Shown: positions 54,424 to 63,415, numbered from the stretch's first letter. The stretch: 64,000 nucleotides of DNA from Methanobacteriota archaeon (GCA_963719035.1 CAVRAO010000012.1:224001-288000), one strand, 5' to 3'. Translations and numbers: made by a program. Notes: a model not told the origin generated them from the sequence alone.

Positions 54424-55446
54424 ATGGCTCACGACGTATTCATAAGCTACGCTGCAGAAGACCGATCAGCCGCAGAGGCGGCCCGCGCCGCCCTTGAGGC
54501 ACAAGGCGTGAGCTGTTGGATCGCTCCTCGTGACGTGCTTCCTGGCGAAGACGAGACCGAGTCAATTCTTGCCGCCATCGACGCGAGCGGCGTCGTTGTT
54601 CTTTGCCTTAGTGCGGCTGCCAACGCGTCAAAACTCGTTACCCAGCAGGCGGCCCGCGCTTTTAACAAGAAGATCCCGATCGTTCCGTTAAGGATTGAGG
54701 AAGTTGCGCCAAGTGACGCACTTAGGCTCTTCTTTGGCACGGGTGAGGTCGTTGATGCATATGTGCCGCCACTTGAGAGCAAGCTGCAACGGGTAGTAGA
54801 AATCGTCACTCTGCTCTTGAGGCAGCCGAGGCAGAAAAAACAGGAAGCGGTGTCTGACGTAGTCAGTGCAAGTTCGGCTGACGAAGAGCTGGCGTGGCTC
54901 GAACCGTGGGCCCTCGCAAAAGGGGGCAAGCTGCAGAAAACTGCTTCACCGGTGGCTGGAGAGGACAGGCCCACTCGGAGAAAAGATCAGTCTGGTGGGA
55001 AAAGATCTATAGCGCCTGTGTTTTTAGTTGCGGGCGTCTTGATAATCGGCATAGTCATTGCGGCCGCTCTGGCATCTAATGTATCTCCTTCCGAGCTTAT
55101 TGCTTCCTTTTTGAAACAGGCGAAGCAGCTGCAAGAGCAGATTGAAACGCCGTCCTCCACACCAACGTCAACGGCCAGTTTGACAGTGCTGTACTTTCAA
55201 AGACCAGACTGTTCCCACTGCGTAGAACTAGAGAACACAGCCAGCTTTCAGCAGCTTCAAAAGGAAGTAACCGTGCAATCAGTAAGGACCGATCAAAGCC
55301 CGGCGACGCTCACAAACCAGTATGGAGTGACCGAAGTCCCAACGCTCATCTTGCTAAACAACGGGAAAGAAGTTGGTCGATGGGTCGGTCCTACCGATGC
55401 TTCTGCTATCAACGTAAAATTAGACAGCGTGCGCGTAGCGGGTTAG
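54424..55446 (+). CDS. TIR (catalytic E to Q) - single TM - thioredoxin-like domain protein
   Basis: HDVFISYA, CWIAPRD, IVPLRIE; basic stretch then TM VFLVAGVLIIGIVIAAALA; C-terminal DCSHC and GVTEVPTLILL...GRWVG. Confidence 0.88.
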   Translation: MAHDVFISYAAEDRSAAEAARAALEAQGVSCWIAPRDVLPGEDETESILAAIDASGVVVLCLSAAANASKLVTQQAARAFNKKIPIVPLRIEEVAPSDALRLFFGTGEVVDAYVPPLESKLQRVVEIVTLLLRQPRQKKQEAVSDVVSASSADEELAWLEPWALAKGGKLQKTASPVAGEDRPTRRKDQSGGKRSIAPVFLVAGVLIIGIVIAAALASNVSPSELIASFLKQAKQLQEQIETPSSTPTSTASLTVLYFQRPDCSHCVELENTASFQQLQKEVTVQSVRTDQSPATLTNQYGVTEVPTLILLNNGKEVGRWVGPTDASAINVKLDSVRVAG

Positions 55447-55466
55447 GGTCATAGCATGAGGGCGAA

Positions 55467-55557
55467 GAGCTGTTGGATCGCTCCTTGTGATGTGCTTCCT
55501 GGAAAAGACGAGACTGAGTCAATTCTTGCCGCCATCGACGCGAGCAGCGTCGTTGTG
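55467..55557 (+). repeat. 90-bp orphan fragment of the TIR coding sequence
   Basis: Near-identical to 54510-54599 and 57961-58050. Confidence 0.9.
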
Positions 55558-55601
55558 TGACGTACGTTGTGAGTTAGTTTTAGGGAGGGTAGGGGGATAG
55601 G

Positions 55602-56102
55602 TTAGATGCTCGTGGCCAGCAAATAAAGCGCTACGAAAAGCAACAGGGTGTACGGAACGGCGAATAGTTGTGGCACGTACCGCTCTATACGCGTCAAGGG
55701 TCGGTAAAGCCGAGAGTCTTTTCCCTTTCCAAGAACCTCCCACTCACGCGCATAAAAAGGAAACGCAAGGTTCTTTTCGACTTCGAAGATCACCTTAAAC
55801 TTGCCCGAGCTCAGCTGGCCGTGCGAACGAATGGTTACAAACCACATATAGCAGAGGAGCACGCCTAACATAGCGACCACAAATAAAACAGTGCTCTGAA
55901 TGGCGGTCGCGGTCTTTAGTGATACGACCGCTGCAAGAAGCGCGAGCAGTCCAGAGAGCAGCGATATGTAGAACTTGTTGGCATCCGCTCGGCGGTCGCT
56001 CACCTTGTCCGCCAGCTGGACGTAAAGCTTGTACTGATCGAGCAGCATGCCGACATTCGGATCGTGCTTCTCTTCTACCTTTTCCGTCACGTGCAGCTCC
56101 AT
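55602..56102 (-). CDS. Small multi-TM membrane protein (SLATT-like / RipA-family octameric membrane protein type)
   Basis: LLDQYKLYV..ADKVSDRR..ANKFY, two TM helices, W...I.S...L.SGKFKVI..E, third hydrophobic helix. Confidence 0.65.
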   Translation of the reverse strand: MELHVTEKVEEKHDPNVGMLLDQYKLYVQLADKVSDRRADANKFYISLLSGLLALLAAVVSLKTATAIQSTVLFVVAMLGVLLCYMWFVTIRSHGQLSSGKFKVIFEVEKNLAFPFYAREWEVLGKGKDSRLYRPLTRIERYVPQLFAVPYTLLLFVALYLLATSI

Positions 56103-56312
56103 GCGTGTTCCTAATTTATATGCTCAACGTCATCAAGCCATCACTTGCTACTGATTTGAACTAGTGTGGTCTTTTGACGCACGTTACGATGCTAAATATA
56201 GTCAATATTGCCATTTTTTGTCAATTAAACGTCTCCAGGGTGTCCTTTTAAGGAAACAACGAAAGGTATTACTATTGCCACAGCCAATATTTATGTTAAA
56301 ATTTGTGGGAAC

Positions 56313-57782
56313 ATGGCTCGCGACGTCTTTATCAGCTATTCGTACGACGACAAAGTGATCGCCGACAAGGTTTGCAGCGCGCTTGAGGGCGCTGGTATAC
56401 TCTGCTGGATCGCGCCACGCGATGAGCGACCCGGAGAGACGTGGGCGAGCAAGATCGTTCGGGCAATTGATGAGAGCCGCATAATGGTCCTCGTTCTCTC
56501 TGCGAGCTCGAACAAATCCAAGGACTGCACCAAAGAGGTCGCCATCGCCACCAGCGATGAAAAACTCATGCCGGTCATTCCACTGCGCATCGATGAGGTC
56601 AGCCTCACAGGTGACCTGAAGTACTACCTCGCGGGGATGCACCGGCTGGACGCCCTGCCGCCGCCGATTGATAACCATCTTGAGCGGCTTGTCGTCGACG
56701 TGCGGGATCTTCTCAATTCGGTGTCGTTATCGGAGGCTCAGTTAGAAAGCCCGAAAACCGATGCAATAAGCGCCAAAGTGCGTGACATGGACCTTGAACG
56801 GACGCAAGAGTGGATGGAAAAGGCAGAGAAGCTACGCGAGCTCGACCTTGATTCAGAGGCGCTCACGTGCTACGACAAAGCGCTCGCAAGCAATTCCGAA
56901 AACGCACCTGCGTTGAACGCGAAGGGGCTTATCCTCACCAAGCTTGATCGTCACGAGGAGGCCCTTCAATGTTTTGAGCAGTCGACTGAGGCTGATCCCG
57001 CATCGTTCGAGGCGTGGAAGAATAAAGGGATATGTCTCCAGGAACTCGGTCATTCTCATGAGGCGCTGGAGTGTTACGACCGAGCCCTTGATATCGAGCC
57101 ACTCGACGCAGGAGCGAGAGGGTTGAAATGTTCTGCCCTCCTTGACCTCAACGATGATAAAGCAGCGCTTACGTGCTGCGAAGCGGCGACGAAGATCGAT
57201 CCGACAAGCTTTTCCCACTGGTTTTTCACAGGGGTGTGTCTTGCCAAGCTCGGTCGTCACCAAGAGTCCCTCGAGAGCCTTGATAAGGCGATTGCCCTCA
57301 ACCCTCAAAACGCTGACGCCCTGTATCACAGAGGTGACGTTCTCGCGAAATGTGGCCGTCTCAAAGAGGCGATCGAGTCGTATGATCGAGTACTTCGCAT
57401 TGACCCCGATCACGTACAAGCCTGGTTTAATAAAGGCGTATGCCTTGCGAGCTTTGGGCGGCACAGCGAGGCCATCGACTGTTACGCGAAAGTGCGCACG
57501 ATCGACCCAGCACACCCGGATTTGCAGCAGCAGCGCTCTGCCTCAGAAAAAGCACTTGGCTTTGCTACGTTGTTAGATCGGGCGACTATGCTCACCAGGG
57601 TCAACCGCCACCGCGAGGCCATCGAATGTTACGACAAGGTTTTAGCAAGCGACCCCTATAACGCAGACGCGTGGTACAACAGGGGGCTCTCCTTCGCAAG
57701 CCTCGGCAACGCGAAAGAGGCTGCACGATGTTTTGACCGGTCTTTAGAACTCGCCTCAAATCACGCGAAAGCCGGGGTTTAA
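56313..57782 (+). CDS. TIR-TPR protein with intact catalytic glutamate
   Basis: DVFISYS, CWIAPRD, SKDCTKEVAIA (E75), then roughly nine TPR repeats (AW.NKG..L..LG...EA..CYD.AL..DP). Confidence 0.93.
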   Translation: MARDVFISYSYDDKVIADKVCSALEGAGILCWIAPRDERPGETWASKIVRAIDESRIMVLVLSASSNKSKDCTKEVAIATSDEKLMPVIPLRIDEVSLTGDLKYYLAGMHRLDALPPPIDNHLERLVVDVRDLLNSVSLSEAQLESPKTDAISAKVRDMDLERTQEWMEKAEKLRELDLDSEALTCYDKALASNSENAPALNAKGLILTKLDRHEEALQCFEQSTEADPASFEAWKNKGICLQELGHSHEALECYDRALDIEPLDAGARGLKCSALLDLNDDKAALTCCEAATKIDPTSFSHWFFTGVCLAKLGRHQESLESLDKAIALNPQNADALYHRGDVLAKCGRLKEAIESYDRVLRIDPDHVQAWFNKGVCLASFGRHSEAIDCYAKVRTIDPAHPDLQQQRSASEKALGFATLLDRATMLTRVNRHREAIECYDKVLASDPYNADAWYNRGLSFASLGNAKEAARCFDRSLELASNHAKAGV

Positions 57783-57874
57783 GGCCCTGGATGTTTCAAA
57801 GATAGCCGTTGAAACTCGCACGAAGTCGCAAAAGCTAAGAAGTAGATTAAGCGCACGATCGAACGGATGCACTT

Positions 57875-58669
57875 ATGGCTCACGACGTATTCATAAGCTA
57901 CGCTGCAGAAGACCGATCAGCTGCAGAGGCGGCCCGCGCCGCCCTTGAGGCACAGGACGTGAGCTGTTGGATCGCTCCTCGTGACGTGCTTCCTGGCGAA
58001 GACGAGACCGAGTCAATTCTTGCCGCTATCGACGCGAGCAGCGTCGTTGTCGTTTGCCTGAGTTCGGCTGCCAACGCGTCAAAACTCGTTACCCAACAAG
58101 CGGCCCGCGCTTTTAACAAGAGGATCCCGATCGTTCCGTTAAGGGTTGAGGACGTGGGGCCAAGCGAAGCGCTCAAGCTATTCTTAGGTGCTCAAGAGCC
58201 GGTTGATGCTTATACCCCTCCGCTCGAATCCCCTCTTGCCGCACTTGGTGTGGTTATTGGCTCGCTTTTGGCACAAACTGCAGCACCGGCCGCCGGAATA
58301 ATGTCTCCTCCCGGACTTCCCTACGAGGAGGGGACTCCTGCAGTACGCAAGCGACGAGGCGGCGCGCCGCCTCGTCGTGCCGGGGGGAAAGTGCTCATCA
58401 TCGCTGCCCTCGTTGCCCTTGCGATTATCGTTATCGCCGCGATATTCTTTTTGCTCCCGCAATCTCAGGTTCAGCTCATTGCAGTCTCGTCTGAGACTCC
58501 TGGGGAGTCTCCAAGCCCCACGGAAAAGCCTACCATCCTCCCTACGCAAGAGCCCTCTTTGGTCCCTACGCCCACGACCCCTACACCCACGACCCCTACG
58601 CCCACGACCCCTACGCCCACGACCCCTACACCCACGACCCCTACGCTCCCCCCCTACGGCGCTTGGTGA
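57875..58669 (+). CDS. TIR (catalytic E to Q) - single TM - Pro/Thr-rich stalk protein
   Basis: TIR nearly identical to that of 54424-55446; KRR..RR..K then TM VLIIAALVALAIIVIAAIFFLL; (PTPTT)n tail. Confidence 0.85.
   Translation: MAHDVFISYAAEDRSAAEAARAALEAQDVSCWIAPRDVLPGEDETESILAAIDASSVVVVCLSSAANASKLVTQQAARAFNKRIPIVPLRVEDVGPSEALKLFLGAQEPVDAYTPPLESPLAALGVVIGSLLAQTAAPAAGIMSPPGLPYEEGTPAVRKRRGGAPPRRAGGKVLIIAALVALAIIVIAAIFFLLPQSQVQLIAVSSETPGESPSPTEKPTILPTQEPSLVPTPTTPTPTTPTPTTPTPTTPTPTTPTLPPYGAW
58565..58645. repeat. 15-bp tandem repeat CCTACRCCCACGACC x5.4 (PTPTT)
   Basis: Directly visible in the sequence. Confidence 0.95.
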
Positions 58670-58950
58670 GTGTGACTCCTCGTGTGATCTCATAAAGACG
58701 AGGATCTTTCATGGCATCATAGATCCGATCGTACGCTACGGGTTAGCAGAAGAACAACAGCGTTTGATAACGCAGCTAAATGATCAAGCCTCAAAAAAGC
58801 GCTTAATTGACGAAAAAAAGGCAATATCGACAGTATTAGGCAAAGGAAGATTCATAACCTATTAGGCCTCAAAAGTAGGTGATTTCGAAAACGTGGCAGC
58901 ACAACGAGTGGCTGCCCGACGGCGAACGATTGACTCTTTGAGAGAAGGGA

Positions 58951-60267
58951 ATGGACGAGTCGTATTTCGTTGTTTCTGATGTTCATTTGGGTGCTAAGGA
59001 CTGCTGCAAGGAAGAGTTTGAGCACTTTTTGGAATGGCTCGCGAGCAGTTATAGTGGCGGCACGCTATCTGTCCAGACGCAACGGGGAAAACGTACGCTC
59101 GCCCCGCCAACCACGCTGATCTTGTTAGGTGACATGCTGGAGCTTTGGATCCCCCGCGAATACGAGCGAAGCAGCGTGCTGTGCGACAGCTCGTCTATCT
59201 TCAGCAAGCTCATCGATCTGAGCTGTAAGAAGGTGTATGTTCTCGGTAACCACGACGCCGATTTGTGCGATCACGAGTGCGAGAAAGACAGCCACCAGGA
59301 CAACTCGTTCCAAGCGCTTATAGAGTGGATTTGCGCCAATGATTCTCACTTCGAAGTGGTTCCGCGACACTATCCGAACTGTCCTGATGATGTACTCAAA
59401 CAACGGGTCCGACTGGGGGATAAGGACTACCTGTTCATTCATGGCCAGCAGTTTGACCGAGATTTTAAGACGAGCCGTGGACTTGTTCGGTTTGTTCCGT
59501 TTATGGCAGCAATTGCTTCGGCGTTCGACTTTTTTCCAAAGGCTGGACCGATCTTCTTTGTTCTTTCTCTCGCACTCATTGGGCTCTATGTCGTGGCAGC
59601 CGCCGCCTTACTCCTAATTGATCCCTTGTGGTTCCTTGTACTGTTAGTACTCGTCGGGTACCCGGGTTTTTCTTGGCTCATCGTGAGGCTTTTCAAACCG
59701 GCGTGGGAGTTCAAAAAAACGTTTTCTGCGGTTGTTGCCCTTACTGGTCGATCACAGGATGACGTCTTAAGCTCTCCTTGGGACGTCAATCGGAACATAA
59801 ACAGCCTCAAACACGCGCTTTACGAAATAAAGAAACAACAAGACCGCCCAAAGTACAGGAACATCAACAAAATCATAAGTGAGGGGTATTACCGCTTCGA
59901 CAAAGACGTTTCAAAGCCGGATGTTATCGTCTTTGGCCACACCCACGTGCCCGAAATATGTAATTCAATGCGCGTAGGTGATGATAACGGCAAGCCAGCT
60001 ATGCGACAGTTCGTGAACAGTGGCATGTGGATTCGGCCTGGTCAGCGACAAGAGCACAAGAGCGTACTGCAGAGTGGCGCACCTCTGTGCGAAGAGGACG
60101 AGGACAGTGCGAGGAATGAGGACGCTCTTTATAACACGTTCGTATACATTGACAACGAGGGGGCAACCCTCTGGCGGTGGTGTGACTTGGAACGAACGGC
60201 AAAAGAGATTCCTGCGTCAGACTGCTCATCCAGAACTGTCTCTTCGTCTACAACATCAACAAGTTAA
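58951..60267 (+). CDS. Calcineurin-like metallophosphoesterase with an internal two-TM insertion
   Basis: SDVHLG, LGD, GNHD, IHG, FGHTH and VNSG motifs; hydrophobic hairpin between HG and GHTH. Confidence 0.88.
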   Translation: MDESYFVVSDVHLGAKDCCKEEFEHFLEWLASSYSGGTLSVQTQRGKRTLAPPTTLILLGDMLELWIPREYERSSVLCDSSSIFSKLIDLSCKKVYVLGNHDADLCDHECEKDSHQDNSFQALIEWICANDSHFEVVPRHYPNCPDDVLKQRVRLGDKDYLFIHGQQFDRDFKTSRGLVRFVPFMAAIASAFDFFPKAGPIFFVLSLALIGLYVVAAAALLLIDPLWFLVLLVLVGYPGFSWLIVRLFKPAWEFKKTFSAVVALTGRSQDDVLSSPWDVNRNINSLKHALYEIKKQQDRPKYRNINKIISEGYYRFDKDVSKPDVIVFGHTHVPEICNSMRVGDDNGKPAMRQFVNSGMWIRPGQRQEHKSVLQSGAPLCEEDEDSARNEDALYNTFVYIDNEGATLWRWCDLERTAKEIPASDCSSRTVSSSTTSTS

Positions 60268-60489
60268 CCAACGCACGTTAAGACGCTATAAACCTTCCAA
60301 ATAGAACGAGGGTGCTGTTCAGAATCGACGTTACGCGCCTGCGTATACATAAGCGGACATTGCCTGCTTAATATTGTCGCGACCGTGCGATTAAAAACGC
60401 TCGCGAAGGTCTGTATCATAAAGGCGGCAAGCGCGAAGATACTTTTGTACTCGCCGAGTTTACCGCGGGATAATGTGAAGTAGCGTTAC

Positions 60490-60650
60490 ATGTGGCAATC
60501 GGCGAACGTGCAGCTACCGATGCCAGATTGCGGCTTATCTAGGTGGGTGCGCGACTACGTTCAGGAACTGCTCACCTTCCCCAATGACGTTAACGACGAC
60601 CAGGTCGACGCGACAACGCAAGCGCTGAATCAGCTGCGAGGAACGATATT
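60490..60650 (+). pseudogene. Fragment of a phage terminase large subunit (C-terminal nuclease end)
   Basis: WVRDYVQELLTFPNDVNDDQVDATTQAL matches the FP...HDDQVDA.SQAL end of terminases. Confidence 0.7.
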
Positions 60651-61189
60651 TCCAGAATCCAAAGAATGTGTGGTTTCCTCTGTGCAGGCAAGGCCTTTAG
60701 CAGCTGATATTACGCCAAGGGGTGGATCCCAGCACGCCTCGATGACAAGAGCCCGCTCCTGGTCTACGACGTTCTTAACGTGGCGTACTGCGTGATCGGA
60801 AGCAAACGATGCTATCGCCACAGCTTACCGCATACGTAGCATTTGTGATCCCCTTCATGGTCGGCGTCTAAACCGCATGCACCGCTACACATACTTTGGG
60901 GACACGGTGCTAAGCAAAAGTGCGACGTCATCTTTTCGGGCGGTTGTTCTTGCTCGCTCATTTATGATCACCCCTTTCCTGTTAATCTACTTAAAACAGC
61001 TGAATAAGGACTTGAGCATTGCTCTTTTGCCTTATCTAACGCTTATAGTCCATGTCCTATCCTGCTACTCCGTTCCACCGCCGAGCAGGAACCAAGATAG
61101 ATGTCAAACATCTCAACCGCGCCGGCGTCTTTGACAGGGAAGGGAGAGCCATGTCCAAGTGTGAGGTTAATGTCCTATCTGGTGGTGAG

Positions 61190-61609
61190 CTATGCCATCT
61201 TCGTCCCGGCCTCCACAGAGGCGCCCTCGTTCCAGACCTCGACCGGTGTGAAGGTCCAGACGCCCTGGACGGTCAGACCCATAACCTTGAACTTCTCGGA
61301 CATGGCATCAAACATCGGACCAGAGGTGACGAAGTCCCCCACCGTGCATCTGATCTCAAAGGACTTGGAGCCCTCGAGGACCAGCAACGAGGCGGTTTTA
61401 CCGTCTTTCTTCATCGCTTCAAGGTTCTTTGCGGTCCTCTTCATAAAAATGTCAGCGGCGACGATCATCTCGTTCGATGGCGCATTGATGCTTCCGACAT
61501 GAATCGCGTGTGGAGCTCCATCCGCGTCGACGGTTGCGATGATCTTAGCGTTCTTCTGGTTGTTGATCACTTCTACTACTTCATCAGGCATCTTGACCAC
61601 AATTTTCAC
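61190..61609 (-). CDS. Pyridoxamine 5'-phosphate oxidase-like protein
   Basis: IATVDADGAPH, ADIFMKRTAKNL. Confidence 0.85.
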   Translation of the reverse strand: MKIVVKMPDEVVEVINNQKNAKIIATVDADGAPHAIHVGSINAPSNEMIVAADIFMKRTAKNLEAMKKDGKTASLLVLEGSKSFEIRCTVGDFVTSGPMFDAMSEKFKVMGLTVQGVWTFTPVEVWNEGASVEAGTKMA

Positions 61610-61679
61610 CCAGTCGGCAATGTTCGTTTACAATACGTAAATAGTTGCCTGACTGCCCTTCCCTCCTTTTCGGAAGGCC

Positions 61680-62825
61680 TCATTGTTTACTTAAATCACG
61701 ATGAAATAGCTCATCGAGCGTGCTAGGGGGAACGTTCCGGTCTGCAACGCGATCTGGCACGATTCGATAAATCAAAACGAATAGGACGATCATCAGCGCG
61801 TACAGTGTGACATAAATCCCCACAGCCGGCGTGACGGTATTCCACACAAAGTGAAAAAAGATCGCAAGTGCGAGGAGTAAAACTGCGTAATAGTACTGGC
61901 GACGGCTGGCAATATACATTAAACCCAGTGCAGCGAGAGCGGAGTATATAAAGTGAGTAGGAAGAAAGAGGGTTCTTCCGACAACAACTGCGACGAAAAG
62001 ATGTTTGGGAACGTGCACGAAGTACCATAAGTTCTCTACCGCACCAAACCCCAAACCGGCGACCGCTCCAAATACGGCGCATTTCTTTTTTGAATACAGA
62101 AGGGCGGGGTACCATATCGCTACAACGATGAGTGGAACGAGCTTGGCAGGTTCTTCAATAAACGCGACCACTCCGTCGGGCACCGTCAACACGGTTTCCA
62201 ACGGAAGCGTCACAACGACACCAGCTATCATTCCCCAGAGCAGAGACACGAGGAGTATGAGCAGGTCAACTTGGTTGAAGTGAGACCAACGTGCACTTGT
62301 GTCTTCTGTGCGTAAAGAATCCACATAAGACGACGTGACACGCTGCGCATCTAAGGTCGATAATGCTGCTGCTGAAGCGTTTACACCGGGTGAACTGCAA
62401 AGCTCAGTCGTGATAGGAGCGTGCGTTGCTGGCGATGGAACGTGTGGCGGAGGCGTATTTGTCAACGACTGCGTTTCAGGTGGCGGAACGTAAGACTGTA
62501 CTGAAGGCTCAGCCACGTCCAACGAGGTATCGATCGTCACCGCGACGGTGTCCGCTGTCTGATGCTTGAAAACGACGTAAGCGATCGGTAACAAGAAGCT
62601 GAGTCCAAGCGTAAATGGAGCAAGAACAAATGCTACGATCAGCAGCACAATAATCACACCGACATTTCCCCACGTCCTCTTTTTAAGAAAGGCGGTCTCA
62701 GAGCCTCGACCTTTCACCCCATAGCCTGCGGTGACCATCTCGTCAATCAACCGTTGCATTTCCCGTGCGGAGCTCACTTTTCGAGTTCTCACACGTTTTT
62801 TTACTTTACGATCACTTGCGCGCAT
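61680..62825 (-). CDS. PrsW-family intramembrane metalloprotease with an extra N-terminal TM/Pro-rich region
   Basis: FIEEPAK, GLGFGAVENLWY, PTHFIYS, FHFVWN. Confidence 0.85.
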   Translation of the reverse strand: MRASDRKVKKRVRTRKVSSAREMQRLIDEMVTAGYGVKGRGSETAFLKKRTWGNVGVIIVLLIVAFVLAPFTLGLSFLLPIAYVVFKHQTADTVAVTIDTSLDVAEPSVQSYVPPPETQSLTNTPPPHVPSPATHAPITTELCSSPGVNASAAALSTLDAQRVTSSYVDSLRTEDTSARWSHFNQVDLLILLVSLLWGMIAGVVVTLPLETVLTVPDGVVAFIEEPAKLVPLIVVAIWYPALLYSKKKCAVFGAVAGLGFGAVENLWYFVHVPKHLFVAVVVGRTLFLPTHFIYSALAALGLMYIASRRQYYYAVLLLALAIFFHFVWNTVTPAVGIYVTLYALMIVLFVLIYRIVPDRVADRNVPPSTLDELFHRDLSKQ

Positions 62826-62950
62826 CTTGCTGATCGATCGACTGGCGGTTCATGGCACCGTGGTGGGGATTACGAAAAAAGCCTATGCTTGAGTAGGTGC
62901 AAATATAATAAAGGATTTTAGACCATCTTGATTGAAGGAGAACGAATCCT

Positions 62951-63415
62951 ATGGACAAAATGATTCTGATCGAGTTTCCATTCAGAAAGACAGGAATCCC
63001 CGCAACCCTCCTTATCCAAGAAGAACCCGAAATGTGCCAGACCGTGTGGGATCTTTTAGGTCAACCCATGAAGATGATATGCCACCACACATTGTCTACG
63101 GGGGACTACTTCCATGGTTGTGGCCGGCCTCCGAAGCATCCTATTGCCATAGGTTCACAGGCCACTCCACTGGGAAAGAAACGGCTTCTTCTCAGCCAAC
63201 TGAAGCCCGGCTCCATCGTGTATAGCGGAGGGCACGAAATTGCGATTGCCTATGGACCCGATATGACCGAGCCTTTAGTGGCGCGAGGGCCGGTAGTGGC
63301 ACGAGTCTCTGAAGATCTTCTAGGAGAGCTCTATGAGGCAGGGAGGCAGATCTGGAACGCCCAATTCATTACGCACCACCTGCAGACGATCACGCTAAAG
63401 AGAAAGGATGTGTAA
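62951..63415 (+). CDS. DUF3830 / cyclophilin-like fold protein
   Basis: ATLL...PE.C..VWDLL..P....HH...G...IAIAYG..EP. Confidence 0.6.
   Translation: MDKMILIEFPFRKTGIPATLLIQEEPEMCQTVWDLLGQPMKMICHHTLSTGDYFHGCGRPPKHPIAIGSQATPLGKKRLLLSQLKPGSIVYSGGHEIAIAYGPDMTEPLVARGPVVARVSEDLLGELYEAGRQIWNAQFITHHLQTITLKRKDV

Noticed and set aside
55467-55557. TIR fragment as the template repeat of a diversity-generating retroelement
   Set aside because: Mismatches to the gene copies are mostly C/T rather than adenine-specific, and there is no reverse transcriptase in the window
56853-57515. Long antisense or alternative-frame ORFs (here, and at 16942-17544, 20725-21267, 29237-29683, 40703-41386, 61052-61726)
   Set aside because: Shadow ORFs overlapping well-supported genes
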